Shown piece by piece: positions 9,131 through 19,137 of a stretch of 64,000 bases of DNA. Each line of letters begins with the position of its first letter. The first letter of the stretch is position 1. The stretch spans positions 219,062-283,061 of the forward strand of contig CAKVMH010000002.1 of the NCBI GenBank assembly GCA_934772045.1, written 5' to 3'. This DNA comes from an uncultured Clostridia bacterium. GTDB taxonomy: Bacteria > Bacillota > Clostridia > Christensenellales > UBA1242. The position numbers and the translations under genes were made by a program. Below the pieces are notes generated by a model. It searched no databases. It was not told the DNA's origin and was given only the letters and a program-made list of their open reading frames with translations.

Positions 9131-10870
9131 ATGAATAAGGTTATTCGTGCAGAACTTAAAAAAGCAGTGTCAAAACCAGGAATTTATGTTTTGGCAATTT
9201 TGCTTGCACTAATTTTGGTTTTAGGTGTGTTTATCTATAAACCAAAGGACAATTCAAACAGCGAAATAGTTCTTAATAAAACAACAGTTTTAGAGAATTG
9301 TACCGACTTTTTCGGTGATGGTGCAACTTCCGGCTATAAAGTGCTTGCAGACGCAAAAGTGGAAGATGCTAGTGCACTTTTAGGAATGTATACCATTGAT
9401 AGCACAGATTATAAAACAAAAATAACAGCACTTTTTGACGACTTCAAAGCAAAATTTAAAGATTATAAAGATTGTGCTTATTTAGAACCAGCAGAAAGCT
9501 ATGTTCAACAAACCAAAACTAAAATGTTAGACAGTTTTAAAACTTTTTATGACACCGTTAATGCTGGTTTAAATAAAAGCGATTTAGGTGCTTACCCTAT
9601 CGTTACAACCAAAAAGAATTATGACGATTTAAGTGCGAATTATTCAGACGGCAGACAACTATTGAAAGCTAACACAACTTCAATTGCAGACACCTGTGAG
9701 GAGTTTTCAAATAGTTATCTTAATAAAATTGAAGAAAACATTAATAAATTTTATTTCCCAACAATTAGTAAAGAAAAAGTAGCAGATTACACCGACTTAT
9801 CTTCGAACACAAAGCGCAAACAACTTGATGACCGAATAACAGCAATTTTAGCAGAAATTAACGAAATAAAAGATAAAGCGCAAACAGGCACTGAATATAA
9901 CGCTAACACCACCCAAATTAACGCTTTACAAGTACTTATTAACAAATACGTCGATAGTTGTGCAACATTTGAAAATTTAATAAAATATGACCTCATGTCA
10001 AGCTCAATAAAAACCGCCAAAGTAAATGACAGGGGCAATTTGTTATATTTAAGCAACACCAACTTGCTAGATACTGAAGCGTGGCTCATAAAATATGAAT
10101 ACTTGTTTAAAAACAATAAAACAATTAATGATTATGCCACACCACTTACCATTGGCAAAGCATCGAATGGTAGTGCAAATGGCTATGATTATGCATATTT
10201 CAGCCTAAAATTATTTTCATTTGTAATCATAGCATATGCAATTATGGCAGGTGCTAATGCAATAGCTGGTGAAGTAAAAGAAGGTACTATGCGTTACCTT
10301 GCTATTCGCCCAGTAAGCCGTAAATCTATATTGTTTGGCAAACTATTAGCAATCGCTATTATGGCATCAATTTTAACCATTTTCAGTGGAGTAATTTCAA
10401 TTTTAGTTGGTGGTTTTATATACGGCTTTAAATCTGCAACAATTTTAACGATTTTCGCAGGCAAATATGCAATAACATTGCATCCTATTGTTATGCTTGC
10501 AATTTATCTATTAAGCGCAATTTTAGAAATGCTGGTGTATTTGTCTATCGCAATAATGCTTTCCACCCTTTTAAAATCTGACATTTTAACCGTAACACTT
10601 GTTATGGTTTTATACCTTATTAATGTGTTGCTTCCAGTGTTTGCCATGTCAAGCCCTGGCTGGTTAGCATATTATCCATTTAGCCATATTTCACTTTACG
10701 CGTTGTTTGGTAGCACATTGTACGCTAACGCAAATAACACATTAAACTTATTGTTTGGCGCAAAGGCTTACCCTACTTCAAGCCTTTGGTTGACCTTATT
10801 AGTTATCGGTTTAGTTGTTGCAGTTTGTAGTTTTGTTGCTTCAAAAGTGTTCAAACATAAAGAAATTTAA
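9131..10870 (+). CDS. ABC-2 type permease with a large extracytoplasmic domain between TM1 and TM2
   Basis: 579 aa. One N-terminal TM, about 330 aa of soluble region, then about 5 TM helices. Gene is 11 nt after the ATPase gene. Confidence 0.7.
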   Translation: MNKVIRAELKKAVSKPGIYVLAILLALILVLGVFIYKPKDNSNSEIVLNKTTVLENCTDFFGDGATSGYKVLADAKVEDASALLGMYTIDSTDYKTKITALFDDFKAKFKDYKDCAYLEPAESYVQQTKTKMLDSFKTFYDTVNAGLNKSDLGAYPIVTTKKNYDDLSANYSDGRQLLKANTTSIADTCEEFSNSYLNKIEENINKFYFPTISKEKVADYTDLSSNTKRKQLDDRITAILAEINEIKDKAQTGTEYNANTTQINALQVLINKYVDSCATFENLIKYDLMSSSIKTAKVNDRGNLLYLSNTNLLDTEAWLIKYEYLFKNNKTINDYATPLTIGKASNGSANGYDYAYFSLKLFSFVIIAYAIMAGANAIAGEVKEGTMRYLAIRPVSRKSILFGKLLAIAIMASILTIFSGVISILVGGFIYGFKSATILTIFAGKYAITLHPIVMLAIYLLSAILEMLVYLSIAIMLSTLLKSDILTVTLVMVLYLINVLLPVFAMSSPGWLAYYPFSHISLYALFGSTLYANANNTLNLLFGAKAYPTSSLWLTLLVIGLVVAVCSFVASKVFKHKEI

Positions 10871-10874
10871 CATT

Positions 10875-10904
10875 AAAAAATTCAGCGTTAGGCTGAATTT
10901 TTTA
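10875..10904 (+). terminator. Rho-independent terminator of the PadR-ABC operon
   Basis: aaaaaattcagc-gttag-gctgaatttttt begins 5 nt after the stop codon. Confidence 0.85.
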
Positions 10905-11018
10905 ATGTCATGATCTTTATAATCAACAAAGTGAAAACCATATTTTAATGTGTTAAAATATATATTAGTATTACGTTAAGTTAAAACTAAATTTAAAAAT
11001 TAATATGGTTATTAAAAT

Positions 11019-11471
11019 TTAATTGGCGTGTTTTGCTATTTCACCAGTTGCCAATTCGTCGCACCTGTTATTGTAAACATTGTCAGCATGACCTTTAACC
11101 TTAATCCATATTATTTTGTGTTTAACATTTAAATTAATCAATTGTTGCCAAAGCTCAGCATTTTCAACTGGTTTCTTTTTGGCATTTTTAAAACCGTTCA
11201 TTTGCCATTTTGTGACCCAATCTTGCAAAAAACCATTAACTAAATATGCGCTGTCGCTGTACAATTCAATTTCGCAAGGTTCTTTCAATAAATTAAGAGC
11301 GTTAATCGCCGCAGTTAATTCCATTTGATTGTTGGTGGTGTTTGGGTTATATCCGCTTATCTCTTTCATTGTGTCTTTATAAAACAAGACAGCACCCCAA
11401 CCGCCGGCACCAGGGTTACCACTGCAAGCACCATCAGTGTATATTGTAACCTTCTTCACATTACACCTCAA
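11019..11471 (-). CDS. rnhA: Ribonuclease HI
   Basis: VTIYTDGACSGNPGAGGWGAVL, NNQMELTAAI, YSDSAYL, KGHADN..NNRCDELA: the canonical RNase H1 DEDD residues and context. Confidence 0.9.
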   Translation of the reverse strand: MRCNVKKVTIYTDGACSGNPGAGGWGAVLFYKDTMKEISGYNPNTTNNQMELTAAINALNLLKEPCEIELYSDSAYLVNGFLQDWVTKWQMNGFKNAKKKPVENAELWQQLINLNVKHKIIWIKVKGHADNVYNNRCDELATGEIAKHAN

Positions 11472-11718
11472 TGTTGTCGCCTTTATTGAATTTTGTATTC
11501 ATAAATGCTGAATATTCATTATTTAAGAGGCCTATATCATATTCTTCTTTGGTTATTTCTTTAGCAAGCAATGGTGTTTTATCATGTTTTACCGCTGGAA
11601 GCTTTTGCGCTTTTTTCATAGCTGAAAACATGTCTTCTGCTTGAACGTAAACTGTCACAGGGATGTAATTCCCAGTGCCCATATGCCCCATTTTTACTTT
11701 TACACTATAATACTTCAT
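11461..11718 (-). CDS. Small hypothetical protein (85 aa), translationally coupled to rnhA
   Basis: ORF only. It overlaps the rnhA start by 11 nt. No family recognised. Confidence 0.4.
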   Translation of the reverse strand: MKYYSVKVKMGHMGTGNYIPVTVYVQAEDMFSAMKKAQKLPAVKHDKTPLLAKEITKEEYDIGLLNNEYSAFMNTKFNKGDNIEV

Positions 11719-11821
11719 GTTTCCAGTATATCAAATATCAAAATTAAAAACAAGTTTAATATTAGATATATTGCAATTATATTAGCAACTTTTCAAATAT
11801 AAAGTTTAAATAATTCGCATA

Positions 11822-11850
11822 AAAAAATTGCCTAATAAACAGGCAAAATT
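11822..11850 (-). terminator. Terminator downstream of tRNA-Trp
   Basis: Minus strand ttgcct-gtttatt-aggcaa followed by T7. Confidence 0.7.
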
Positions 11851-11858
11851 TTTTAATT

Positions 11859-11933
11859 TGGCAGGGGAGACGCGATTCGAACACGCAACCAATGGTTTTG
11901 GAGACCACTACTCTACCGTTGAGCCACTCCCCT
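11859..11933 (-). tRNA. tRNA-Trp (anticodon CCA), CCA end encoded
   Basis: Reverse complement AGGGGAGTGGCTCAACGGTAGAGTAGTGGTCTCCAAAACCATTGGTTGCGTGTTCGAATCGCGTCTCCCCTGCCA folds as a cloverleaf. Anticodon loop is CT-CCA-AA. Confidence 0.9.
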
Positions 11934-12046
11934 ATATCTTTTTTATTGTAACATAATAAAAATTTAATGTCAATGTTTTAACAATAGAAAAAGAGCAACT
12001 TTTATTGCCCTTTTCCTTGTTAAACTACCAATTGGAATGTTTAAAA

Positions 12047-13636
12047 TTACTTTGCAGTATCAGTAAAACGAGATTCACGGATAACATTGACTTTGATATG
12101 CCCAGGATATTCTAGTTGTGCTTCAATTTCCTTTGCAATGTCGTGTGCCAAAACTTGTGCTTCTTCATCGCTAATTTGCTCTGGTTTAACCATAACACGA
12201 ATTTCACGCCCAGCTTGAATTGCATAAGTCTTTTCAACGCCTTGATGTTTGTTTGCAATTCCTTCAAGTTCTTGCAAACGTTTGATATAATTTTCCAAAC
12301 TTTCACGCCTTGCGCCTGGCCTTGAGCTTGAAATAGCGTCAGCGGCTTGAACAATAACTGCTTCGAGTGTCCTTGGTTCAACATCATTGTGGTGTGCTTC
12401 AATGCAGTGAATGACTGCTTCACTTTCCTTGTATTTACGTGCCAATTCAACGCCAATGCTTACGTGTGTGCCTTCCACTTCATGGTCAACAGCTTTGCCT
12501 AAGTCATGCAATAAACCTGCACGCCTTGCAACCTTTTCATTCGCGCCAACTTCGGCAGCCAACATGCCAGCTATGAATGACACTTCCAATGAGTGGTTTA
12601 AAACATTTTGCCCATAACTTGTACGATATTTTAACCTACCCAAAACTTTAACAATTTCTGGGTGAATGTTATGAATATCCGCATCAAAACAAGCGTTTTC
12701 GCCTACTTCTTTGATTGTTTCTTCAACATCGCGTTGAACTTTTTGCACTAATTCTTCAATACGCGCTGGGTGAATACGACCATCTAAAATGAGTTTTTCA
12801 AGCGCGATGCGTGCAACTTCACGCCTAACAGGGTCAAAACCCGACAATGTGATGGCTTCTGGTGTGTCGTCTACAATGAAATCAATACCCGTTGCTGCTT
12901 CCAATGCCCTAATATTACGACCTTCACGACCAATAATACGCCCTTTCATTTCTTCATTAGGAAGTGTCACAACACTTGTGGTAACTTCACTTGTGTTGTC
13001 AACTGCACATTTTTGGATTGCCAAAGTGATGATATTTCTAGCCTTTTTATCAGCTTCTTCTTTTGCCTTGTCTTCAATTTCTTTTGCAATTTTTACTGCG
13101 TCGATTTTGGCTTCTTCAGTGTAGCGGTCGATAATAACTTGTTTAGCTTCATCTTTTGTCATTTGGCTAACTTTTTCAAGTTCTTTTACAATGCTCTCCT
13201 GCAATTCGTCCAAAGCGGATTCTTTGCTGTTTAAAGCTTCAATTTGATTGTGTACGCGTTCTTTGCTTGCTTCCAGCTCATCAACCTTTTTATCCAAGGC
13301 TGTTTCGCGTTTTGAAAGCAATTCTTCACGCGCATAAAGGCGTTCTTCACTACGTTTAGCTTCTTCGCGCCTTTCCTTGTTTTCACGCTCAAACGTTGAT
13401 TTAAGCATGTCAATTTCTTTACTGGTCTGTTCAACCTGCTCATTTTTAATTTTGTCTGCTTGCACACGAGCTTCTTCTAAAATTTTATCGGCACTTGCAC
13501 GGGCTGATTTGGTTTTTTTGTTAATGACAACTGCAGTAACGCCAACACCAATACCACCACCAACGGCAAGCATAATAATAGATAAAACAACAGCAAGAGC
13601 TGGGCTAACAGAAAGTAACATTAATGTCAAATTCAT
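12047..13636 (-). CDS. rny: Ribonuclease Y
   Basis: 529 aa. N-terminal TM, long coiled coil, KH domain ([15 protein letters not shown]) and HD domain (LLHDLGKA...HH). Confidence 0.95.
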   Translation of the reverse strand: MNLTLMLLSVSPALAVVLSIIMLAVGGGIGVGVTAVVINKKTKSARASADKILEEARVQADKIKNEQVEQTSKEIDMLKSTFERENKERREEAKRSEERLYAREELLSKRETALDKKVDELEASKERVHNQIEALNSKESALDELQESIVKELEKVSQMTKDEAKQVIIDRYTEEAKIDAVKIAKEIEDKAKEEADKKARNIITLAIQKCAVDNTSEVTTSVVTLPNEEMKGRIIGREGRNIRALEAATGIDFIVDDTPEAITLSGFDPVRREVARIALEKLILDGRIHPARIEELVQKVQRDVEETIKEVGENACFDADIHNIHPEIVKVLGRLKYRTSYGQNVLNHSLEVSFIAGMLAAEVGANEKVARRAGLLHDLGKAVDHEVEGTHVSIGVELARKYKESEAVIHCIEAHHNDVEPRTLEAVIVQAADAISSSRPGARRESLENYIKRLQELEGIANKHQGVEKTYAIQAGREIRVMVKPEQISDEEAQVLAHDIAKEIEAQLEYPGHIKVNVIRESRFTDTAK

Positions 13637-14022
13637 ATTTCCTTACCCTTTAAATCGCAACACAAAAATATTTATTTTTAAATCGCAAAATCAATTAAAT
13701 TTGCATCCAAAAAACCTTTAACGAATAAACCAATTTATTTCGCTTTCGCTCATAAATTTGGTTTGTTGTTTATCACAATAAGCGTGATTACATAATAAAT
13801 CACTTAATTATGTTTAAGTTTATGGTATTCACAAAAACATCAATGATAGATGTTACTTAGCAAAAATTTTAATATAATCGCGTTAAACGATATAATTATT
13901 ATATCTCAAATAGATAAATAAGTCAAGCGTATCCATTTATTTATGTAAGTATAAAACAATAAGAAAAAACACCCCAAATGCAGTACATGTGGAGTGTTAA
14001 ATACACACTATTTAGTTTTATG

Positions 14023-15174
14023 CTATTCATCTAAATTTATAATTTCCATATTCTCAAGCACAAAATTAATAAGTTCGTTGTAATTTATTATCTTACTTTC
14101 TTCCTTTTCGCTGTCACTTATCTTAGGCTTAATAACTGGATTACGTGGTAAAAACACTGTGCAACAATCTTCATAAGGTAAAATCGAAAGGTCGTAAGTG
14201 TCTATATCTTGTGCAATGTCGATAATTTCTTGCTTATTAAAACTAATTAATGGGCGTAAAACCGGATATTTAGCAACTGCATTAGTGCTTGTCAAACTTT
14301 CAATAGTTTGGCTTGCAACCTGCCCCAAACTTTCGCCTGTTACAATGGTTTTATATTGATATTTTTCACAAATTGCGTTAGCAACCCTTATCATAGCACG
14401 CCTTAAAAGGTTAATTGCAAACTCTGTTTTACATTGAATATGAAATTCTTCTTGCATTTTGGTCATGCTACAAATATACATATATTTTGCACCAATAAAC
14501 TTTTTAACCTTTTTTGCTATGTCAATAACTTTTTGTTTTGCCTGTGGGCTTGTGTAAGGGAAACTATCGAAATGTAAAATGTCTTGCCTTAGCCCGCGCT
14601 TAGCCATGCAAAAACCCGCTACTGGGCTGTCAATTCCACCACTTAATAAAAGTAAACCGTCGCGATATTCACCTAATGGCAAGCCTGAATAAGCATAAAT
14701 TATATCATTAAAAATGTAAGTCTTTCCATTTTCACGAATATCAACATGAATTGTGGTTTTAGGGTGATGTATGTCAACCACAGCATTAGGGTTAGAATTT
14801 AACACAATTTCGCCTAAATCGGCACAAAAATCGTTAGATTTTATAGGGAAAGATTTTTCCGCCCTATTAACTTCGCATTTAAAACTGCCTTCGATTTTTA
14901 ATGCTGACACATATTCTTTAATCGCATCAACACTTGTTGCTAATTCAACCGCTTTTGATATTGAATGTACGCCAAAAACACACTTCAATTCATCAATAAT
15001 GGCATTTTCGTCGTCATAATCACGCACCAGCAACCTATTTTGAATGTTTTCAATTTTGCATTTATGGTTTTTAAGTGCTGTTTTAATATTTTCAAAAAGC
15101 AAGTGGGTGAAATATTTTTTATTCCCACCTTTCAAATGTATTTCATTAAATCTAATTAAAATTATGTTTTCCAT
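14023..15174 (-). CDS. thiI: tRNA 4-thiouridine synthase ThiI
   Basis: 383 aa. THUMP-like N-terminus and PP-loop LLLSGGIDSPVA. Adjacent to a cysteine desulfurase gene, like the B. subtilis nifZ-thiI pair. Confidence 0.9.
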   Translation of the reverse strand: MENIILIRFNEIHLKGGNKKYFTHLLFENIKTALKNHKCKIENIQNRLLVRDYDDENAIIDELKCVFGVHSISKAVELATSVDAIKEYVSALKIEGSFKCEVNRAEKSFPIKSNDFCADLGEIVLNSNPNAVVDIHHPKTTIHVDIRENGKTYIFNDIIYAYSGLPLGEYRDGLLLLSGGIDSPVAGFCMAKRGLRQDILHFDSFPYTSPQAKQKVIDIAKKVKKFIGAKYMYICSMTKMQEEFHIQCKTEFAINLLRRAMIRVANAICEKYQYKTIVTGESLGQVASQTIESLTSTNAVAKYPVLRPLISFNKQEIIDIAQDIDTYDLSILPYEDCCTVFLPRNPVIKPKISDSEKEESKIINYNELINFVLENMEIINLDE

Positions 15175-15178
15175 ATTA

Positions 15179-16282
15179 TCATTTTATCCTTAAAATATAT
15201 TCCGCCACCGCATTATTCAAATTTATTGCAAGTTGACGGCAATCTTCTATTGTTACATCGTCACCAAATGAAATGCGTATTGCCCCTTCAATGTAGTCTT
15301 TGCCAACGATTGGTTCAAGCACCCTATTAAGCCCAGCCTTACTGTTGCATGCCGAGCCTGTACCAATCAAAAAACCTTTATCTTCAAGCATGTGTAAAAT
15401 TGTTTCGCCCCTTACACCTTTGAAGCATATCGATATGATATTATCCACGCATTCATCGTTAGACACAAGCACATGGTTTTCAGTAATATTTTCTATTATA
15501 ACCTTTTTGTGTTCTGCGTAATTATTTATCTTTAAGTTTTGAATGGCAGTGTTAAACGCCAAAATTGCCGGTAAGTTTTCAGTGCCTGACCTTAACCCCA
15601 TTTCTTGCCCGCCACCTAAAACGAATGGTTTAAATTTGTTTGGTGTTTTTACATACAATGCACCGATACCCTTAGGCCCATAAATTTTATGTGCTGAAAT
15701 GGTGTAATAATCTACATTAAGGTTAGTAAGGTTAATTTTAAACTTACCCAACGCCTGCACGCCGTCACTATGAACAACTATGCTAGGGTTAATTGCCTTT
15801 ACCTTACGCACAATGCTTTCAATATCATTAATTGCGCCTGTTTCGTTACTTACATGAATAATGGACAAAAATGCGGTCTTATTATCTATTTCCGCAATCA
15901 ATTTTTCTTCATCTACCGCGCCATTAGATTTAAGTGGAATGAAGCAAACATTATAACCTTTTTGTTGAAAAGCCTTTGCGGTTGCATATATTGAACTGTG
16001 CTCCCCTGCACTAAATATATACTTCTTGTCCATGCGTGTGATATTCGCATTTATCACTGAGTTATTTGCTTCGGTTGCCGACCCTGTAAAAACGATATTT
16101 GATTTTGCTGGTGCCCCTAGCTTTGTGAGTATTTCGCGCCTTGCAGTTTCTATTGCTTGTTTTGCAAGGCTTGCTTGTGCATATAGTGCGCTAGGGTTAA
16201 AAAACACCTCACTTGCTTTGATATAACTTTCAAGTGCGTCGTTACTTATTTTTGTTGTTGAGGCGTTGTCAAAATATTTCAC
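15179..16282 (-). CDS. Cysteine desulfurase (NifS/IscS/NifZ family)
   Basis: 367 aa. Class V aminotransferase pattern: SAHKIYGPKGIGALY (PLP Lys) and GSACNS (catalytic Cys loop). Confidence 0.85.
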   Translation of the reverse strand: MKYFDNASTTKISNDALESYIKASEVFFNPSALYAQASLAKQAIETARREILTKLGAPAKSNIVFTGSATEANNSVINANITRMDKKYIFSAGEHSSIYATAKAFQQKGYNVCFIPLKSNGAVDEEKLIAEIDNKTAFLSIIHVSNETGAINDIESIVRKVKAINPSIVVHSDGVQALGKFKINLTNLNVDYYTISAHKIYGPKGIGALYVKTPNKFKPFVLGGGQEMGLRSGTENLPAILAFNTAIQNLKINNYAEHKKVIIENITENHVLVSNDECVDNIISICFKGVRGETILHMLEDKGFLIGTGSACNSKAGLNRVLEPIVGKDYIEGAIRISFGDDVTIEDCRQLAINLNNAVAEYILRIK

Positions 16283-16321
16283 GCCAATTATTATATCACA
16301 ACAAAATAACTTTTACAATCG

Positions 16322-16972
16322 CTATGGCACAAGATTTAACGATTTTCCTAAACTGCCACCATTTAGGTACACTTCTGGCACTTTGCCAATAATTATGCTT
16401 TCTGCTAACATCACTTGGTTTTTTGAGTAAAAGTCGTACGATTGTATCGGCATAACAATACTTATGTGTGTGTCGATATAAAGGAACAAGGTGTGTTTGG
16501 TCATGTTTATGCCCACTGCGTCAAATTCGCTGTCAAAACTACTGCTCACTGCGCCAATAGGTATCAGTTTAAAATTAATAATAGGCCCACGCCCAATAAA
16601 TATCGGAATACCAGTCAGCGTTCCAAAATTCAGTTTTAAACCATCTTGTCCCAGTTGCGACATCTGTAACTGCGCTTCTTTAACAATTTCACGGCTTATA
16701 CTGTTTATTTCATATTGATTTGCTGAAAATGAAACAATTTCGCCATTCGCATCATAATTGATGTCAATCAACGCGTCATAGCTTAAAGTGCGGTTAATTA
16801 CATTACTGACTGCCAAATTGATTGCCTTTTCAGTTAATGCACGTGTTTCAGCTTTGCAGTATGTTTTTATAACTGGGCTGGACACAAAAAAATAAAAGCA
16901 GAATATTGAAGAAAAAATAAAAAAGACAGTAACAAAAAGTGTTATTCTGCGTTTGTTTCTGCCCTTTTTCAT
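16322..16972 (-). CDS. yunB: Sporulation protein YunB-like
   Basis: 216 aa. N-terminal TM then a soluble domain. Layout and motifs (..INLAVSNVI.., ..YDANGEIVSF..) resemble the YunB family. Assignment made by eye only. Confidence 0.5.
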   Translation of the reverse strand: MKKGRNKRRITLFVTVFFIFSSIFCFYFFVSSPVIKTYCKAETRALTEKAINLAVSNVINRTLSYDALIDINYDANGEIVSFSANQYEINSISREIVKEAQLQMSQLGQDGLKLNFGTLTGIPIFIGRGPIINFKLIPIGAVSSSFDSEFDAVGINMTKHTLFLYIDTHISIVMPIQSYDFYSKNQVMLAESIIIGKVPEVYLNGGSLGKSLNLVP

Positions 16973-17128
16973 ATATTAAGATATTATTAAAACTTAAAAA
17001 ATATTATATGGATTTATTTAATTAGTGCATATCACTCATTTTTACTCATTTAACGCCACGAATTTATCATTGTATTAAATGTAAATAAGCTAATGTAAGA
17101 TGTGCTTTAAATGAAACATATTTAGCAA

Positions 17129-17506
17129 TCAATGCCCACCGCGTTTTGTTTTACTGCTGAAAATCAAGGCAAACACAAACGACGCAAAAATTGCCATTGC
17201 AATTCCGCCAGAAGCAGCCGTAAGACCACCAGTAAAGATGCCAATCACACCGAATTCTTTTGTGGCTGAAATTGCACCACGCGCAAGGCTTGCCCCAAAA
17301 CCAATAATAGGAACACTTGCCCCAGCCTTTGCAAACTCTTTAAATGGCGCATAGATATTAAACACTTCAAGCACCATGCCAATCACAAGGAAAAGCACTA
17401 ATATACGCGCTGTTGTAATTTTGGTGCGTATTACAAGAATTTGCCCTAGGAAACAAATAAACCCACCAACTAAAAATGAAATGACATAATCCCAAATGTT
17501 AAACAT
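17129..17506 (-). CDS. spoVAE: Stage V sporulation protein AE (SpoVAEB-type)
   Basis: Start moved to ATG 17506 (AGGAGG lies 7 nt upstream); the longer ORF start is unsupported. MFNIWDY..GGFIC.LGQ...PIIGFGASLARG is typical of the SpoVAC/SpoVAEB superfamily. Follows spoVAD. Confidence 0.85.
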   Translation of the reverse strand: MFNIWDYVISFLVGGFICFLGQILVIRTKITTARILVLFLVIGMVLEVFNIYAPFKEFAKAGASVPIIGFGASLARGAISATKEFGVIGIFTGGLTAASGGIAMAIFASFVFALIFSSKTKRGGH

Positions 17507-18536
17507 TGTCACCCTCCTTTTTTGTTGCCTTATTTTGTTTTGGCGTGCCACAATATTCAAATTCAACCGCATGGGCAATGCCAGGAATTGTATCGCCTTG
17601 TTGCGAAGTTGTTGTACTCATCAACGCACCTGTGGATACAAGCAGAACTCGCTTAAATTCGCCCGCTGTAAGTTTTTTTAAAATGTATGAATTTAAAATA
17701 CTTGCACTACAACCAGCGCCACTGCCTCCCATAAACACTCGTTCGGTTTTGTCGTACATCATACAACCACAATCTGCATAATTTTTGCCCAATATAACAC
17801 CTTTTTGTTCCATTAGGTCGATTAAAATTTCGCTTCCCAATTTGCCCAAATCGCCAGTTGCAATAAAGTCATAATCGCTAACTTTTTTGTTGCAATTTTT
17901 TAAATGTTGTTCAATTGTGTCACATGCAGCGGGTGCCATTGCCGCACCCATATTGTTTACATCTTCTATGCCGTAATCTATAACTTTACCAAACGTCACT
18001 GCATTAATTTTTATTTTACTAGGCTTATTAGATAACAAACTTGCACCACCACCCGTAATTGTCCATTGTGCTGTTGGCGGACGCTGGTTACCCAACTCCA
18101 ATGGAAACCTGTATTGCCTTTCAGCACTGCTAAAATGTGTGCAAGTTGCACATACTACATTTTCAGCAAGTCCATTATCAACGAATATGGCACCAATTGC
18201 CAAGCTTTCTGCCATTGTCGCGCACGCTGAATAAAGCCCAATGAAAGGTAAACCTAAATCTCTTGCCGTGTATGACGAACTAACAATTTGGTTAAGTAAA
18301 TCGCCACCAAACAAAAAATCAATTTCGCTTGCATTTATGTTAGATTTTTGAATAACACCTTTAACAATGTTTTCAAGCAATTTTCTTTCCGCTTTTTCAA
18401 ATGTCTTTTCTTTTAAGGTGTCATCTTTAAAGCATACATCAAAATAATTTTTTAACGGTCCTTTACTTTCCAACGGACCAACCATGCTAAACCCAGAATA
18501 TAAATAAGCACCATTTTTTAATTTAATTGTTTGCAT
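17499..18536 (-). CDS. spoVAD: Stage V sporulation protein AD
   Basis: Thiolase-like fold protein, MQTIKLKN...GPLESKGPL..YF, positioned between spoVAC and spoVAE. ATG 18536 is preceded by AGGTGG. Confidence 0.9.
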   Translation of the reverse strand: MQTIKLKNGAYLYSGFSMVGPLESKGPLKNYFDVCFKDDTLKEKTFEKAERKLLENIVKGVIQKSNINASEIDFLFGGDLLNQIVSSSYTARDLGLPFIGLYSACATMAESLAIGAIFVDNGLAENVVCATCTHFSSAERQYRFPLELGNQRPPTAQWTITGGGASLLSNKPSKIKINAVTFGKVIDYGIEDVNNMGAAMAPAACDTIEQHLKNCNKKVSDYDFIATGDLGKLGSEILIDLMEQKGVILGKNYADCGCMMYDKTERVFMGGSGAGCSASILNSYILKKLTAGEFKRVLLVSTGALMSTTTSQQGDTIPGIAHAVEFEYCGTPKQNKATKKEGDNV

Positions 18537-18545
18537 ACTTACCAC

Positions 18546-18992
18546 CTAAATAAACAACCCTGCAAAACCGCAGATAATTGACCCCACAACCCCACAGACA
18601 ATCACAGGGCCAGCAATAGTGAACATCTTAACGCAAATGCCGTAAATAATTCCTTCCTTTTTAAACTCAATTGCAGGGCTAGAAATTGAGTTACTAAATC
18701 CGGTAATAGGAATAACTGAGCCAGCACCACCCCATGCGCCAATAACATCGTAAACCCCTAAACCAGTTAAAAAACATGTTATGAAAATGATAGTCATAAG
18801 CATGCAACTGGTAACTTCACTTTCCGCAAGGTTTGGGAAGAAATAACTGTACATGTCAAAAAAGCCTTGCCCAATTGCACATATTAAGCCACCTAAAAAG
18901 AAAGCTTTTAAAAGTGACGGCCATGCTTTTGTCTTTGGCAACTTTGATTCAACATATAAATTGTAATTAGTATTTCGCTTATTTTTATCCAT
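18546..18992 (-). CDS. spoVAC: Stage V sporulation protein AC
   Basis: 148 aa, 4-TM protein. LLKAFFLGGLICAIGQ and ITGFSNSI motifs. First gene of the spoVAC-AD-AE cluster. Confidence 0.9.
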   Translation of the reverse strand: MDKNKRNTNYNLYVESKLPKTKAWPSLLKAFFLGGLICAIGQGFFDMYSYFFPNLAESEVTSCMLMTIIFITCFLTGLGVYDVIGAWGGAGSVIPITGFSNSISSPAIEFKKEGIIYGICVKMFTIAGPVIVCGVVGSIICGFAGLFI

Positions 18993-19137
18993 TTTAACCT
19001 CAGCTAAATTATTGTCAAAAGGTCAAATTTTAATCAAAATTTTTAAAAAAGTGGATAAATATTGGTCTTTTTTATAGTTTTTGTATGTTTTTAAATAATT
19101 TTTTTAAATTTATTCATACTAATGTTAAGGAGTAACT

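Noticed and set aside
18993-19137. Forespore sigma (F/G) promoter upstream of spoVAC, and a sigma-H/Spo0A promoter upstream of spoIIAA (22396-22533)
   Set aside because: I could not find convincing matches to the published -35/-10 consensus sequences by eye, so no promoter call is made.
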